Translations under genes and position numbers: made by a program
Shown: piece by piece, positions 19,886 to 29,512 of the stretch
How the letters are laid out: each line of letters starts with the position of its first letter
How positions within the stretch are numbered: position 1 is the first letter of the stretch
The notes under the pieces: generated by a model
What the model saw: the letters and a program-made list of their open reading frames with translations, nothing else
What the model was told of the DNA's origin: nothing
Database searches by the model: none
Assembly (NCBI GenBank): GCA_964599275.1
Contig: CAZRFK010000002.1
Coordinates: 95-64,094 of the forward strand
Source: an uncultured Clostridia bacterium
GTDB lineage: Bacteria; Bacillota; Sulfobacillia; SLMV01
Direction of reading: 5' to 3'
Length of the DNA stretch: 64,000 nucleotides

Positions 19886-21034
19886 ATGAAACTATACGAA
19901 TATTTGGCTAAAGAATCTTTTGCCGAATACGGCATTCCCACTCCAGAAGGTCGGGTAGTGGATTGTGCTGATGAAGCCTACGATGTGGCTGAAGAACTGG
20001 GAAAGCCCGTAGTGGTCAAATCGCAGGTTCTTTCCGGCAAAAGAGGAAAGGCTGGCGGAATACAGTTTGCTGATACTCCTGAGGAGACCAGAGACTTCGC
20101 CAGTAATCTGCTGGGCTCACAGATTCAGGGGTATAATGTCAATAAAGTCTTAGTTGAGGAAAAACTGGGCATAGATGAAGAACTGTATCTGGGACTTACC
20201 TTAGACCCCAGCAACCAGTGCCCGGTGCTCATAGCTTCCTCGCGGGGTGGAATGAGCATAGAAGAGGTACCTGATAGATATATTGTCCGGGAGCCGGTAG
20301 ATATCAAATGGGGACTTTATCCACACCATATCCGGTCAGTTGCGGAGAGATTAGAACTGTCCTCTGATGTGGCCGGACAGCTTTCCAAGATTGCTCTGGC
20401 TCTGTTCGAATTATTCTGTGATAACGATGCCGAACTCACTGAAATAAATCCGCTTGCGATTTGTTCTGGTGACCTGGTAGCTGCCGATGCTAGGCTCAAT
20501 ATCAATGGTGATAGCATTTATCGACAGCCCCAGTGGCCGGATACAGAGATTCGTTCCGACGTCGAACAGGAAGTCACGGACTTGGGACTTTCCTATGTGC
20601 AGCTAGACGGTGAAATAGCAGTGATGGCAAACGGGGCTGGTACGACGATGGCCACCATGGATATACTGCAGCATTATGACCGTCAGGCCATGAACTTCTT
20701 GGATTGCGGTGGCGGTGCCGGAATGGAAACTACCCAGGAGGCACTGAAAATACTGGCAGGTACTCGTCCACAGGTGTTGTTAGTAAATATCTTCGGAGGA
20801 ATTACTCGCTGCGATGATGTTGCCAGGGCAATTGCTAACGTCAAGGAAGAAGGTCTGCTAAAGGACCCGTTGGTAGTCCGCCTTGTAGGAACAAATGAGG
20901 AGCAGGGAATTGAGATTCTGCAGGAGTACGGTATTGATGCTTACCGCAGTCTGCAGGAGGCTGCCCGTCAGGCAGTAAAAATTGCCGAGCAGCGAGAGTC
21001 GGAGGAGGGATGCGGCGATGTCGATTCTCATTGA
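19886..21034 (+). CDS. sucC: succinate--CoA ligase (ADP-forming) beta subunit
   Basis: MKLYEYLAKE..YGIP start, ATP-grasp motifs, 382 aa. Confidence 0.92.
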   Translation: MKLYEYLAKESFAEYGIPTPEGRVVDCADEAYDVAEELGKPVVVKSQVLSGKRGKAGGIQFADTPEETRDFASNLLGSQIQGYNVNKVLVEEKLGIDEELYLGLTLDPSNQCPVLIASSRGGMSIEEVPDRYIVREPVDIKWGLYPHHIRSVAERLELSSDVAGQLSKIALALFELFCDNDAELTEINPLAICSGDLVAADARLNINGDSIYRQPQWPDTEIRSDVEQEVTDLGLSYVQLDGEIAVMANGAGTTMATMDILQHYDRQAMNFLDCGGGAGMETTQEALKILAGTRPQVLLVNIFGGITRCDDVARAIANVKEEGLLKDPLVVRLVGTNEEQGIEILQEYGIDAYRSLQEAARQAVKIAEQRESEEGCGDVDSH

Positions 21035-21890
21035 TGAAAAAACCAGAGTTATGATTCAGGGTATTACCGGACATCAGGGGACATTCCATGCAGATCTCAT
21101 GTCTGACTACGGAAGCAGGGTAGTAGCGGGTACTTCTCCTGGTAAAGGAGGACAGGAGGTTGATGGTATACCTGTATACAATACAGTAGAGGATGCTACC
21201 CGTAAGCACGGTCCCAATGCATCCGCACTGTTTGTTCCCGCTCCCTTTGTCAAGGATGCGGCTTTTGAGGCCATAGCCTCGGGAATTGAACTCGTTATCG
21301 TCGTCAGCGAGCATGTGCCGTTACATGACACCATGCAGATCGTTACCTATGCCGACGAGCACGGTACTACTATCTTGGGTCCCAACACCTTCGGCGTAAT
21401 TTCTCCTGGTAAATCCAAAATAGGAATTATGCCGGGACAGGTGTACAAACAAGGTTCTGTAGGTCTGGTTTCGCGTAGCGGAACATTGAGCTATGAGATT
21501 GTACAGTCTCTTACAGAAGGTGAACTCGGAATCAGTACCGCCGTTGGCATCGGTGGAGACCGGGTTGTGGGGCTCAGCTTTGTTGATGTACTCAAGATGT
21601 TTGAAAAGGATCCTGAAACTGAAGCAGTTGTTCTCGTTGGTGAAATAGGGGGCAGTGCTGAGGAGGAAGCAGCTGAGTACATAAAAACCATGAGTAAGCC
21701 TGTAGTCGCCTATGTGGCTGGAAGAAGTGCTCCTCCCGGTAAGCGAATGGGTCACGCTGGTGCAATTATTCAGAGGGGTCGGGGCAGTTACTCGGCCAAA
21801 AAAGAGGCCCTGGAATCCGGCGGAGCAAAAGTAGCCCGGTTGCCATGGCAGGTCGCCAGTCTGGTAAAGAAAGACCTGTCTGAAGGTTAA
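21018..21890 (+). CDS. sucD: succinate--CoA ligase alpha subunit
   Basis: [18 protein letters not shown]...GKGG; SRSGTLSYE; phosphohistidine-loop region; overlaps sucC stop. Confidence 0.92.
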   Translation: MSILIDEKTRVMIQGITGHQGTFHADLMSDYGSRVVAGTSPGKGGQEVDGIPVYNTVEDATRKHGPNASALFVPAPFVKDAAFEAIASGIELVIVVSEHVPLHDTMQIVTYADEHGTTILGPNTFGVISPGKSKIGIMPGQVYKQGSVGLVSRSGTLSYEIVQSLTEGELGISTAVGIGGDRVVGLSFVDVLKMFEKDPETEAVVLVGEIGGSAEEEAAEYIKTMSKPVVAYVAGRSAPPGKRMGHAGAIIQRGRGSYSAKKEALESGGAKVARLPWQVASLVKKDLSEG

Positions 21891-21902
21891 ACTGTTTTTC
21901 AT

Positions 21903-21946
21903 TTCCGGGAGGCTGATTTGTTCGAGTCTCCCGGAACGAGATTTTG
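21903..21946 (+). terminator. putative terminator after sucD
   Basis: TTCCGGGAG-16 nt loop-CTCCCGGAA then T-containing tail. Confidence 0.45.
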
Positions 21947-22864
21947 CTGATAGTTTTACAGTTATTGGGGTCCGCCTGGTTTGTACATTCTGGTGTTGGG
22001 GGCGAGCTTTTGAATTACCTACTAGCAATTCCGGCAGCGGTGGTTTTGATGTTGGGGGTGTGTTGTGTATGGAAAGCGTATGCTCCCCTGAAAATCCGCC
22101 GAAAAACCCTACATTTATCCGCTGCAGATTCTCAGTTGGATGGCTTACGGGTGCTTCACATATCTGACATACATGGACGCATTGGATTAATCGATAAACA
22201 GAGGATTACAGATGTAGTTAAAATGGGACAGGTGGACTTGGTTGCTGTAACTGGTGATCTGGTCTGCAAATATTTTCCGAACCTGAAAGAGCCGTTGGAG
22301 TTTTTGAGGGAGCTAACCCACCACATTCCGGTTTTTTATGTTCCTGGAAATCATGATTACTGGGCAGCTGAAGCCCATGAACTCCGTGATCAGATAGAAG
22401 CAACGGGAGCTCGTGCGCTGTTCAACCAGCACAGTCAACTCACCTTTCAATCGGAAGGGAAAAAACGTCAGATCACCCTGGTAGGGATAGAGGATCCATA
22501 TACTGATCGGGCGGATCTGGTCACAGCCGCTGAAGGTGTGGATGCCTCAACATCCCTGCTGCTCGCTCATAGTCCAGGAATATTTGCCCAGGCTGCGGAA
22601 CGTTCTTTTCCTTTGGTGTTATGCGGACACACCCACGGTGGGCAGGTGCGTGTACCACTTTTGGGAGCTCCCTATATTCCTGGCCAATCCGGATTATTTC
22701 CCCGCTATGACTGGGGACTGTTTCACTGCCGTTCATCTCAAATGTTCATCTCAGCTGGTATAGGCAGCAGCAAACTGCCCATTAGATTTGGTACTGCAGC
22801 TGAAGTTTGGCTTTTTACTCTTCGCGCCGAAGGGGGCGATGAGAGCAGCCGGGAGTCATGTTAA
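21944..22864 (+). CDS. membrane-anchored metallophosphoesterase (calcineurin-like, YkuE-type)
   Basis: Motifs LHISDIH, GDLV, GNHD, GHTHGG; N-terminal TM helices; start uncertain. Confidence 0.65.
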   Translation: MLIVLQLLGSAWFVHSGVGGELLNYLLAIPAAVVLMLGVCCVWKAYAPLKIRRKTLHLSAADSQLDGLRVLHISDIHGRIGLIDKQRITDVVKMGQVDLVAVTGDLVCKYFPNLKEPLEFLRELTHHIPVFYVPGNHDYWAAEAHELRDQIEATGARALFNQHSQLTFQSEGKKRQITLVGIEDPYTDRADLVTAAEGVDASTSLLLAHSPGIFAQAAERSFPLVLCGHTHGGQVRVPLLGAPYIPGQSGLFPRYDWGLFHCRSSQMFISAGIGSSKLPIRFGTAAEVWLFTLRAEGGDESSRESC

Positions 22865-22912
22865 TGCCGAATGCAAAAATCACACATCCTTTGATTTTTA
22901 GAGGTGATTTAC

Positions 22913-24118
22913 ATGAGTGGACCGTTGGATGGAGTAACGGTATTGGATCTCTCTCGCGTCCTGACTGGACCCTATTGCAGCATGATGCTGGCGGATATGG
23001 GCGCTGAGGTCGTCAAAGTTGAGAGACCTGATGGAGGAGATGACACCAGAGGGTGGGGACCTCCCTGGGTTGGAGATGAAAGTCATTACTTTTTGAGCGT
23101 TAACCGAAATAAGAAGAGTCTCACTCTCAATTTAAAGACAGAGCAGGGGCAAAAAATTGCTCATCAACTGGTAGAAAAAGCCGATGTTGTGCTGGAAAAT
23201 TTTAGCCCCGGCACTGCTGAACGTCTGGGGTTGGATTATGACAAGGTCAAGGAACTCAATTCGGATATTGTCTACTGTTCCATATCTGGGTTTGGTCAGG
23301 ATGGTCCATATCGGGAACGACCTGCCTATGACCTGATCTTGCAAGGTATGGGTGGTCTGATGGGGGTTACTGGGCCGGAAGGAGAGGAGCCCATACGTGT
23401 GGGAGTAGCTGTGGCCGACATTGGGGCAGGTATGTATGCTGCATATGCAATTGCTGCTGCTCTGGTTGAGCGGTCTGAGTCCGGTCAGGGACAATATATA
23501 GATGTAAGTATGATGGATGTACAGGTTTCATGGATGTCGTATATGGCTCACTATGTATTTGCAAGTGGAGAGATTCCTGTTCGACGGGCTTCAGGCCATC
23601 CCAGCATCGTGCCTTATCAGGCCTTTCCCACTGCGGATGGGTGGATCAACGTCACTGTCGGCAATGATTCTCTGTGGCAGCGTTTTGCCCCCCTGGTGGA
23701 TATAGATCCATGCGACAGCAAATTTGCCACAAACTCTGACCGGATAGAGCATCGTGATGAACTCATTGAACTGATTTCCAATGAGATGGAAACCAGGACA
23801 ACTGATGAATGGATGAGAATCCTGGATGAGGCCAAAGTTCCCTGTGGCCCTGTATATGATTTGAAGCAGGTGTTGTCAGACCCCCAAGTTGAACACCGGG
23901 ACATGATCCAGAAAATGCAGCATACATCAGAGGGAGAAATAGATGTTCTTGGTATTCCGGTCAAGTTGAGCCGCACTGAGGGGCAGCTGCGCACAGCACC
24001 GCCGCTTTTAGGGGAGCACAATGCCGATATTTTGAGTGATTTGGGCTACAAAGCGCAAGACATACAGGAGCTTGTAAACCGAGGGGTAATTACTCCTCCT
24101 GTTCAAACTGAAGAGTGA
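22913..24118 (+). CDS. family III CoA-transferase (CaiB/BaiF family)
   Basis: GPLDGVTVLDLSRVLTGPY..MLADMGAEVVKVE and the conserved Asp region, typical of CoA_transf_3. Confidence 0.8.
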   Translation: MSGPLDGVTVLDLSRVLTGPYCSMMLADMGAEVVKVERPDGGDDTRGWGPPWVGDESHYFLSVNRNKKSLTLNLKTEQGQKIAHQLVEKADVVLENFSPGTAERLGLDYDKVKELNSDIVYCSISGFGQDGPYRERPAYDLILQGMGGLMGVTGPEGEEPIRVGVAVADIGAGMYAAYAIAAALVERSESGQGQYIDVSMMDVQVSWMSYMAHYVFASGEIPVRRASGHPSIVPYQAFPTADGWINVTVGNDSLWQRFAPLVDIDPCDSKFATNSDRIEHRDELIELISNEMETRTTDEWMRILDEAKVPCGPVYDLKQVLSDPQVEHRDMIQKMQHTSEGEIDVLGIPVKLSRTEGQLRTAPPLLGEHNADILSDLGYKAQDIQELVNRGVITPPVQTEE

Positions 24119-24157
24119 CCAGTCGAAATACTTTATTCTGATGGAAGGAAGGAATTC

Positions 24158-25366
24158 ATGTCTAAACCTTACATGACTCATCTCGAGTGTGCTGACTGCG
24201 GTAACGAGTACGACGCGACTAAACTTCAAAATCTCTGTGAATGCGGATCTCCCCTTTTGGCGCGCTATGATCTCGCAGCAATATCAAATGCGGCGGAGCC
24301 TGGTGATTTTGAGGGCGGAATAGACAATATGTGGCGTTTTGCCAGTTTTCTGCCTGTTCCAAGCGAGCACATTATTACCAGAGGCGAGGGAATGACACCT
24401 CTGCTTAAAACCAGGCAACTAGGTGAGGAACTTGGAGTAACCAACTTGATGATTAAGGATGAAGGTCTCAACCCCACCGGCACCTTCAAGGCCCGCGGTG
24501 CTGCCTGTGGCGTGTCAATGGCAAAATATCTGGGAGCTGATGCAGTAGCGATGCCCACTGCAGGTAACGCCGGAGGTGCATGGTCTGCATATTCTCAAGT
24601 AGCCGGGCTTGACTGCATCGTGGCCATGCCACAAGATGCTCCTGAGTTGACCCAGAAAGAATGTTCATTGTTTGGAGCCACTGCCTATCTTGTAGATGGT
24701 TTGATCTCGGATGCAGGTCAGCTTATCGGAGAGGCTGCTGAAGAAGAAGGCTGGTTTGAGGTCACTACTCTCAAAGAGCCATATCGAATTGAAGGTAAAA
24801 AGACCATGGGACTTGAGATAGCGCTTCAGCTGAACTGGCGGGTTCCGGATGCAATAGTCTATCCTGCCGGTGGCGGAGTAGGGTTAATTGGTATTTATAA
24901 GGCGCTGCAGGAGTTGAGTTCAATTGGCTGGATAGATGAGGATATGCCTAAAATGATAGCCGTTCAATCTGAAGGTTGTGCGCCTCTTGTAGAAGCCTAC
25001 AATCGTGGAGAGCGAAGAGCAGATTTCTGGGATGATGCTGAAACTCTTGCCGGCGGCATAAGAGTTCCCAAAGCCATAGGTGACTTTTTGGTTATGGATG
25101 CTATTTATGAAAGCGATGGCTGCGCTGTATCGGTGACAGATGAAGATATTTTGGGGGCACTGCGAACCACAGCAGCCCAGGAAGGAATGTTTATTTGTCC
25201 TGAGGGAGCTGCTTCGGTGGCGGCTGTTGAATCGCTGGTTGATAGTGAGTTCCTATCGCCTGATGATGAGGTGTTAATTGTCAATACCGGAAGTGGGTTG
25301 AAATATTCTTCCTTGATTTCTGTTGATTTGCCTATGGTGGAAGTCGGGGGCTCACTACTGGACTGA
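24158..25366 (+). CDS. threonine synthase-like PLP enzyme (N-terminal Cys4 zinc ribbon)
   Basis: PLP fold-type II lysine motif (TGTFKARGA), N-terminal CxxC...CxC; 402 aa. Confidence 0.7.
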   Translation: MSKPYMTHLECADCGNEYDATKLQNLCECGSPLLARYDLAAISNAAEPGDFEGGIDNMWRFASFLPVPSEHIITRGEGMTPLLKTRQLGEELGVTNLMIKDEGLNPTGTFKARGAACGVSMAKYLGADAVAMPTAGNAGGAWSAYSQVAGLDCIVAMPQDAPELTQKECSLFGATAYLVDGLISDAGQLIGEAAEEEGWFEVTTLKEPYRIEGKKTMGLEIALQLNWRVPDAIVYPAGGGVGLIGIYKALQELSSIGWIDEDMPKMIAVQSEGCAPLVEAYNRGERRADFWDDAETLAGGIRVPKAIGDFLVMDAIYESDGCAVSVTDEDILGALRTTAAQEGMFICPEGAASVAAVESLVDSEFLSPDDEVLIVNTGSGLKYSSLISVDLPMVEVGGSLLD

Positions 25367-25387
25367 ATGCAGGTTGTCATCTATCAG

Positions 25388-25441
25388 CAGCCGGCCGAGG
25401 TCAGAACTTGTATCATCGGCCGGCTGAGCATTATTTTATTT
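25388..25441 (+). terminator. rho-independent terminator
   Basis: CAGCCGGCCG-loop-CGGCCGGCTG followed by TTATTTTATTT. Confidence 0.7.
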
Positions 25442-25545
25442 CCATTTAAAGCCGCCAGGAAGGTCTTAACCTTTCATTTGAAGAATATATAAATAAATTG
25501 TACCGACTACCATAAATCACAGTATACAGAGACGGGGGATGGTAT

Positions 25546-26178
25546 ATGTTTGTTAGTCATGCAATGAGGCGGCATGCGGAAACTGTAAAGCCCGATGATA
25601 CCCTCGAACATGTTTGGGGGTTGATGAAAGAAAAAGATTGTGAGACTTTGCCGGTCTTGGATAAGCGACGGCAGTTGGTGGGCATTGTCAGTATCACGGA
25701 TGTAGCCGAAGCTGCCATGGATGCTGAAGAGGATGATTTTCGTCAGGCAATAACTGTGAGTGAAGTAATGGAAGAAGAAATCACCACTATATCTGAGGAG
25801 GAAGTCCTAGAAGAAGCTGCTTACATTATGGAGGAAAATAATTATACGGCGCTCCCGGTGGTTTCCTCTAAAGAGACTCTGGTGGGGATAATCACCCGGG
25901 CTGATGTAGAGAGAATTCTGGTACGGATGATGGGATTCACCCAGCCCGGTACACGCATAAGTCTTTCAGTTCCAGATAGAGTGGGCAAACTTGCAGATAT
26001 CGCACAGATTGTCAAACATTGCAACATGTCTATTGCCGGTTTGGCCACTTATACCCACGAGGATGCAAATGTTGGTAATGTGGTGCTCAGATTAAGAACT
26101 CATCAACCAAAACCTGTGGTTGAAAAATTGCGCAACTCTGGCTACCGCGTCCTTCATGTGGCGCAGGTGTGGCAGTAA
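25546..26178 (+). CDS. CBS-pair + ACT domain protein (AcuB-like)
   Basis: Two CBS-like segments followed by a C-terminal ACT-like fold; 210 aa as AcuB. Confidence 0.65.
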   Translation: MFVSHAMRRHAETVKPDDTLEHVWGLMKEKDCETLPVLDKRRQLVGIVSITDVAEAAMDAEEDDFRQAITVSEVMEEEITTISEEEVLEEAAYIMEENNYTALPVVSSKETLVGIITRADVERILVRMMGFTQPGTRISLSVPDRVGKLADIAQIVKHCNMSIAGLATYTHEDANVGNVVLRLRTHQPKPVVEKLRNSGYRVLHVAQVWQ

Positions 26179-26202
26179 CCGGTTACCAGATGAGGGGGAT
26201 CG

Positions 26203-26658
26203 ATGATGGCGGATTCCGGACAGGACACTCATCGTCGAGCTGCAGGTGCTGTGGTTTTATCGCCATATCGGTGTAAGGCGCCTTACCTGCTAATTGAGGA
26301 TCAGTACGGTCACTGGTGCCTTCCCAAGGGACATATTGAACCCCAGGAATCACCAGTTGACGCGGCAAGACGAGAAGTTTTTGAGGAAACTGGTATAAGA
26401 TCAGTTATGGTGCGCCGTATTGGGCAGATAGACTATCGTTATTGGGAGGCGGGTCTGCTTATTTCAAAGACGGTAATCTATTTTTTGGCTCTGGCAAGAG
26501 ATGGAGCGTTGTGTCCGGATCGCCGGGAAGTACGCCAAATAAAATGGGTTGAAGGTGAGGCTGAGCAGTGGAAATCTTGGTATGGATACAAAGCCCTTAT
26601 ACCTATTTATAACAAAGCAAAACACTTTGCTCAGCCGTGGTTGAGTCAATATTGTTGA
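26203..26658 (+). CDS. NUDIX hydrolase
   Basis: Nudix box GHIEPQESPVDAARREVFEETGI. Confidence 0.8.
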   Translation: MMADSGQDTHRRAAGAVVLSPYRCKAPYLLIEDQYGHWCLPKGHIEPQESPVDAARREVFEETGIRSVMVRRIGQIDYRYWEAGLLISKTVIYFLALARDGALCPDRREVRQIKWVEGEAEQWKSWYGYKALIPIYNKAKHFAQPWLSQYC

Positions 26659-26720
26659 CGAAAAACACCCAGAAAGATAAAATTACTGTTGTACATGCAA
26701 TTGTTATTTGATTGATTTGT

Positions 26721-26795
26721 CGGGATGTGGCCCAGCTTGGTCAGGGCGCCGCGTTCGGGACGCGGAGGTCGCCAGTTCAAATCTGGCCATCCCGA
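26721..26795 (+). tRNA. tRNA-Pro (anticodon CGG)
   Basis: Manual cloverleaf: acceptor CGGGATG/CATCCCG, D-arm GCCC/GGGC, anticodon stem CCGCG/CGCGG with loop TTCGGGA (anticodon CGG, G37), T-arm GCCAG-TTCAAAT-CTGGC, discriminator A; CCA not encoded. Confidence 0.85.
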
Positions 26796-26868
26796 CACTC
26801 CTATGATTTCGATTTCAAATTCATGGTGTATTTTCTTATGTGCGTGATTACCTTCGGAGGGTAGGAAT

Positions 26869-27156
26869 ATGGCCATATTGGATTCATTCACCATTGGTAT
26901 TCTGAGTTTAATTATAGGGGCTGGTTGTTTTTATATTCCCCGCACTGAGTGGTTTGACAACATTATGGTTGAGAAGTATCAGGGTGAGGTAGATGACGAG
27001 GAAGTGGAGGACGACGAAGAATCATCCGAAGCGTCAGAGAAAGAAAATGCTGAGGTTACAATGGAAGACAGAATTGCCAAAGAAAAGAACACCTTGCTGT
27101 GGATGGGGTTTTTTTGGGTGGTTTTTGGTTTTATGCAGCTAGTTATTGGTATGTGA
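26869..27156 (+). CDS. small membrane protein (TM - acidic linker - TM)
   Basis: 95-aa ORF with GGAGGG RBS, two hydrophobic helices flanking a DDEEVEDDEE stretch. Confidence 0.4.
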   Translation: MAILDSFTIGILSLIIGAGCFYIPRTEWFDNIMVEKYQGEVDDEEVEDDEESSEASEKENAEVTMEDRIAKEKNTLLWMGFFWVVFGFMQLVIGM

Positions 27157-27254
27157 ATTTGCTGCCCTTTTACTCATCTGCCCTCCTCAATTCAACTTCA
27201 TCTTGGTGACCAAGCCATGTTATGCATTGAATTCGAACAAAAGGAGTGCTGTAT

Positions 27255-28670
27255 TTGTTGAAGAAATTGCTGGCCGTAGCAATTGGAAAAAGCGTATTGT
27301 CATTACTGCGTTTTTTAAATCGGTCCGCTACAGCCTTTCCTGGTAAATTGGCATTACGCATATTACCAGATCTGATCCAGTGCCTACTTGATTCATCAAA
27401 TTTGAAAACCGTATATATAAGTGGAACCAATGGGAAAAGCACTACCTCTTCGATGATCAAGTCTATCCTTCAAACTTCAAAAATGACTGTTGTATGCAAC
27501 GACAGCGGTGCCAATCTGCTGACGGGAATAGCCACTTCCTTACTTGAAAGCAGTAGTTGGTTGGGAAGATTAGCAGCTGATGTCGTGGTATTGGAAGTTG
27601 ATGAGGCCACCCTGCCGAAAATGATTTTACACTTCGATCCCGATATAATTATCATAACTAATTTCTTTGCTGATCAGTTGGATCGTTTTGGAGAAGTTGA
27701 AAAAACGGTTCATATCGTTCACCGTGCTCTGAAAATGTCTTGTGCAAAAATCTGTTTGAATGCTGACGATCCCTATTCAGCTGGGCTTGCCAGTGAGTTG
27801 TCATCGGCGAATGATCAAATATTTTACGGCATCGAACCGATACCGCAGGGTGCTGAGCTGGAGTGCGAGTGCGCAGAGCGGCACTACTGTGCTTTGTGCG
27901 GTGAATCTCTGATTTACAGATATCGAACCTACGCACATATTGGAAAGTATGAATGTCCCCAATGCAGTTTTTCACGACCTTCACCAGATGCCTGTGCACG
28001 CGTTCTCAATATTGGGACCGATCATTCTGGAATTGAGTTCTCTTTTTCTGATAAGTTACCTCAGTGCCTCCAAGATACAGACCTGTTAACGCAAATCAGA
28101 CTTCCGGGGGTTTACAACATCTACAATGCAGTTGCATCAGCATCAGCAGCCGCCTTGTTGGAGGTTGCTCCAGATTTCATAGATCGTGGGTTATCCGAAT
28201 TTGAGGGTGTTTTCGGAAGGTGGGAAAAATTCTATATTGAGGGGGTTCAACTGGAGATTACCCTCGTAAAAAATCCAGTGGGTTTAAATCAGGTTATGCG
28301 CTCAGTACAACGAAGAGAAGGTGCAAAGGTGATGTTTTTGGCCCTGAATGATAAAGCGGCTGATGGCAGGGATATTTCTTGGATTTGGGATGTTAACTTT
28401 GAGGAGACTACTCTCATTGAATGTTCTGATGTACACTTTGTCGTTGCTGGCACCAGGGCCGACGATCTGGCGGTAAGATTGAAATATGCGGGTCTTGATG
28501 AACACAGATTGACAGTTGAATCTGATTTGGTAAAAGCCCTGGATGCTTGCTGCCGGAAATCCCAGCAAGAAGATGCTGTGATTTATTCCCTACCCAATTA
28601 TTCGGCCATGTGGAAATTGAGGCGAGAAATACTGCGAAGAGTCGAAATTGAGGAGGCAGCTGGGGTATGA
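27255..28670 (+). CDS. murT: lipid II isoglutaminyl synthase subunit MurT (Mur-ligase domain + Cys4 ribbon + DUF1727)
   Basis: ISGTNGKSTTSSMI P-loop, NFFADQLDRFGE, LNADDP, CxxC..(17)..CxxC ribbon, C-terminal DUF1727 LNDKAADGRDISWIWD, close to S. aureus MurT; TTG 27255 is 8 nt after AAGGAG. Confidence 0.85.
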   Translation: MLKKLLAVAIGKSVLSLLRFLNRSATAFPGKLALRILPDLIQCLLDSSNLKTVYISGTNGKSTTSSMIKSILQTSKMTVVCNDSGANLLTGIATSLLESSSWLGRLAADVVVLEVDEATLPKMILHFDPDIIIITNFFADQLDRFGEVEKTVHIVHRALKMSCAKICLNADDPYSAGLASELSSANDQIFYGIEPIPQGAELECECAERHYCALCGESLIYRYRTYAHIGKYECPQCSFSRPSPDACARVLNIGTDHSGIEFSFSDKLPQCLQDTDLLTQIRLPGVYNIYNAVASASAAALLEVAPDFIDRGLSEFEGVFGRWEKFYIEGVQLEITLVKNPVGLNQVMRSVQRREGAKVMFLALNDKAADGRDISWIWDVNFEETTLIECSDVHFVVAGTRADDLAVRLKYAGLDEHRLTVESDLVKALDACCRKSQQEDAVIYSLPNYSAMWKLRREILRRVEIEEAAGV

Positions 28671-29434
28671 AAAAGAAAATCCTGCACCTGTGTCATCTGT
28701 ATCCGAATACTCTGAATATGTATGGTGACCGCGGAAACGTGATGGTATTAAAAAAACGCTGCAGCTGGCGGGGTTTTTTATTGGAGATCACGGAACTGTT
28801 CGTGGGTGATGATAATATAGATTTTTCCACATTTGATTTACTGTACATAGGCGGTGGGGGGAACCGCCAGCAACAGCTAGTTTACCAGGACCTTCTGAAA
28901 CGTGCTGAAAATCTGCGATCTGCAGTGCAGCAGGGGGTAGTCCTTCTGGCTATTTCATCTGGCTTTCAACTCATGGGCATCTCTTTTGGGCCAGAAGATG
29001 GAACTGAGTATTCCGCAGTGGGAGTATTTGATGCTTACAGTATAACTGAAGGACAACATATGGTTGGGCAAGTAGTGGTAAAAAGTTCGATGCTGAAGAG
29101 CCAGCCAACCGTGGTTGGTTTTGAGAATCATTTCGGAAGAACATACCTGGGCCAGTACCCCTCTCCTTTCGGCCAGGTAATCAAGGGTATCGGAAATAAC
29201 GGAGAAGACGGCACGGATGGAGCGGTGTCATATAATGCTTTTGGAACATATCTGCATGGGGCAGTGCTTCCGAACAATCCTCATTTTGCTGATTTACTGC
29301 TCCGTCGTGCGCTGCAGCGAAGGGACGACGAGATCGAACTTACAAATTTGACCGATGAATTTGAGTGGAAGGCCCACCGTAGTGCCCTCAAACGTGCCGG
29401 GGTATCATATGGAGGAGAAGTTTTCACAGCCTGA
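28667..29434 (+). CDS. gatD: GatD-type glutamine amidotransferase partner of MurT (CobB/CobQ-like GATase), nucleophile position is Ser
   Basis: Overlaps murT stop; FIGGGG, FENH, GTYLHG motifs align to S. aureus GatD, but the ICGGYQ nucleophile elbow reads AISSGFQ. Confidence 0.8.
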   Translation: MKKKILHLCHLYPNTLNMYGDRGNVMVLKKRCSWRGFLLEITELFVGDDNIDFSTFDLLYIGGGGNRQQQLVYQDLLKRAENLRSAVQQGVVLLAISSGFQLMGISFGPEDGTEYSAVGVFDAYSITEGQHMVGQVVVKSSMLKSQPTVVGFENHFGRTYLGQYPSPFGQVIKGIGNNGEDGTDGAVSYNAFGTYLHGAVLPNNPHFADLLLRRALQRRDDEIELTNLTDEFEWKAHRSALKRAGVSYGGEVFTA

Positions 29435-29512
29435 ACGGAGAGTGATGCCGCTATTGCACCTGATTTATCAACAGCTCGTCGCCGCAAGTTAGCTGGGAGC
29501 TTAATTGCTATA

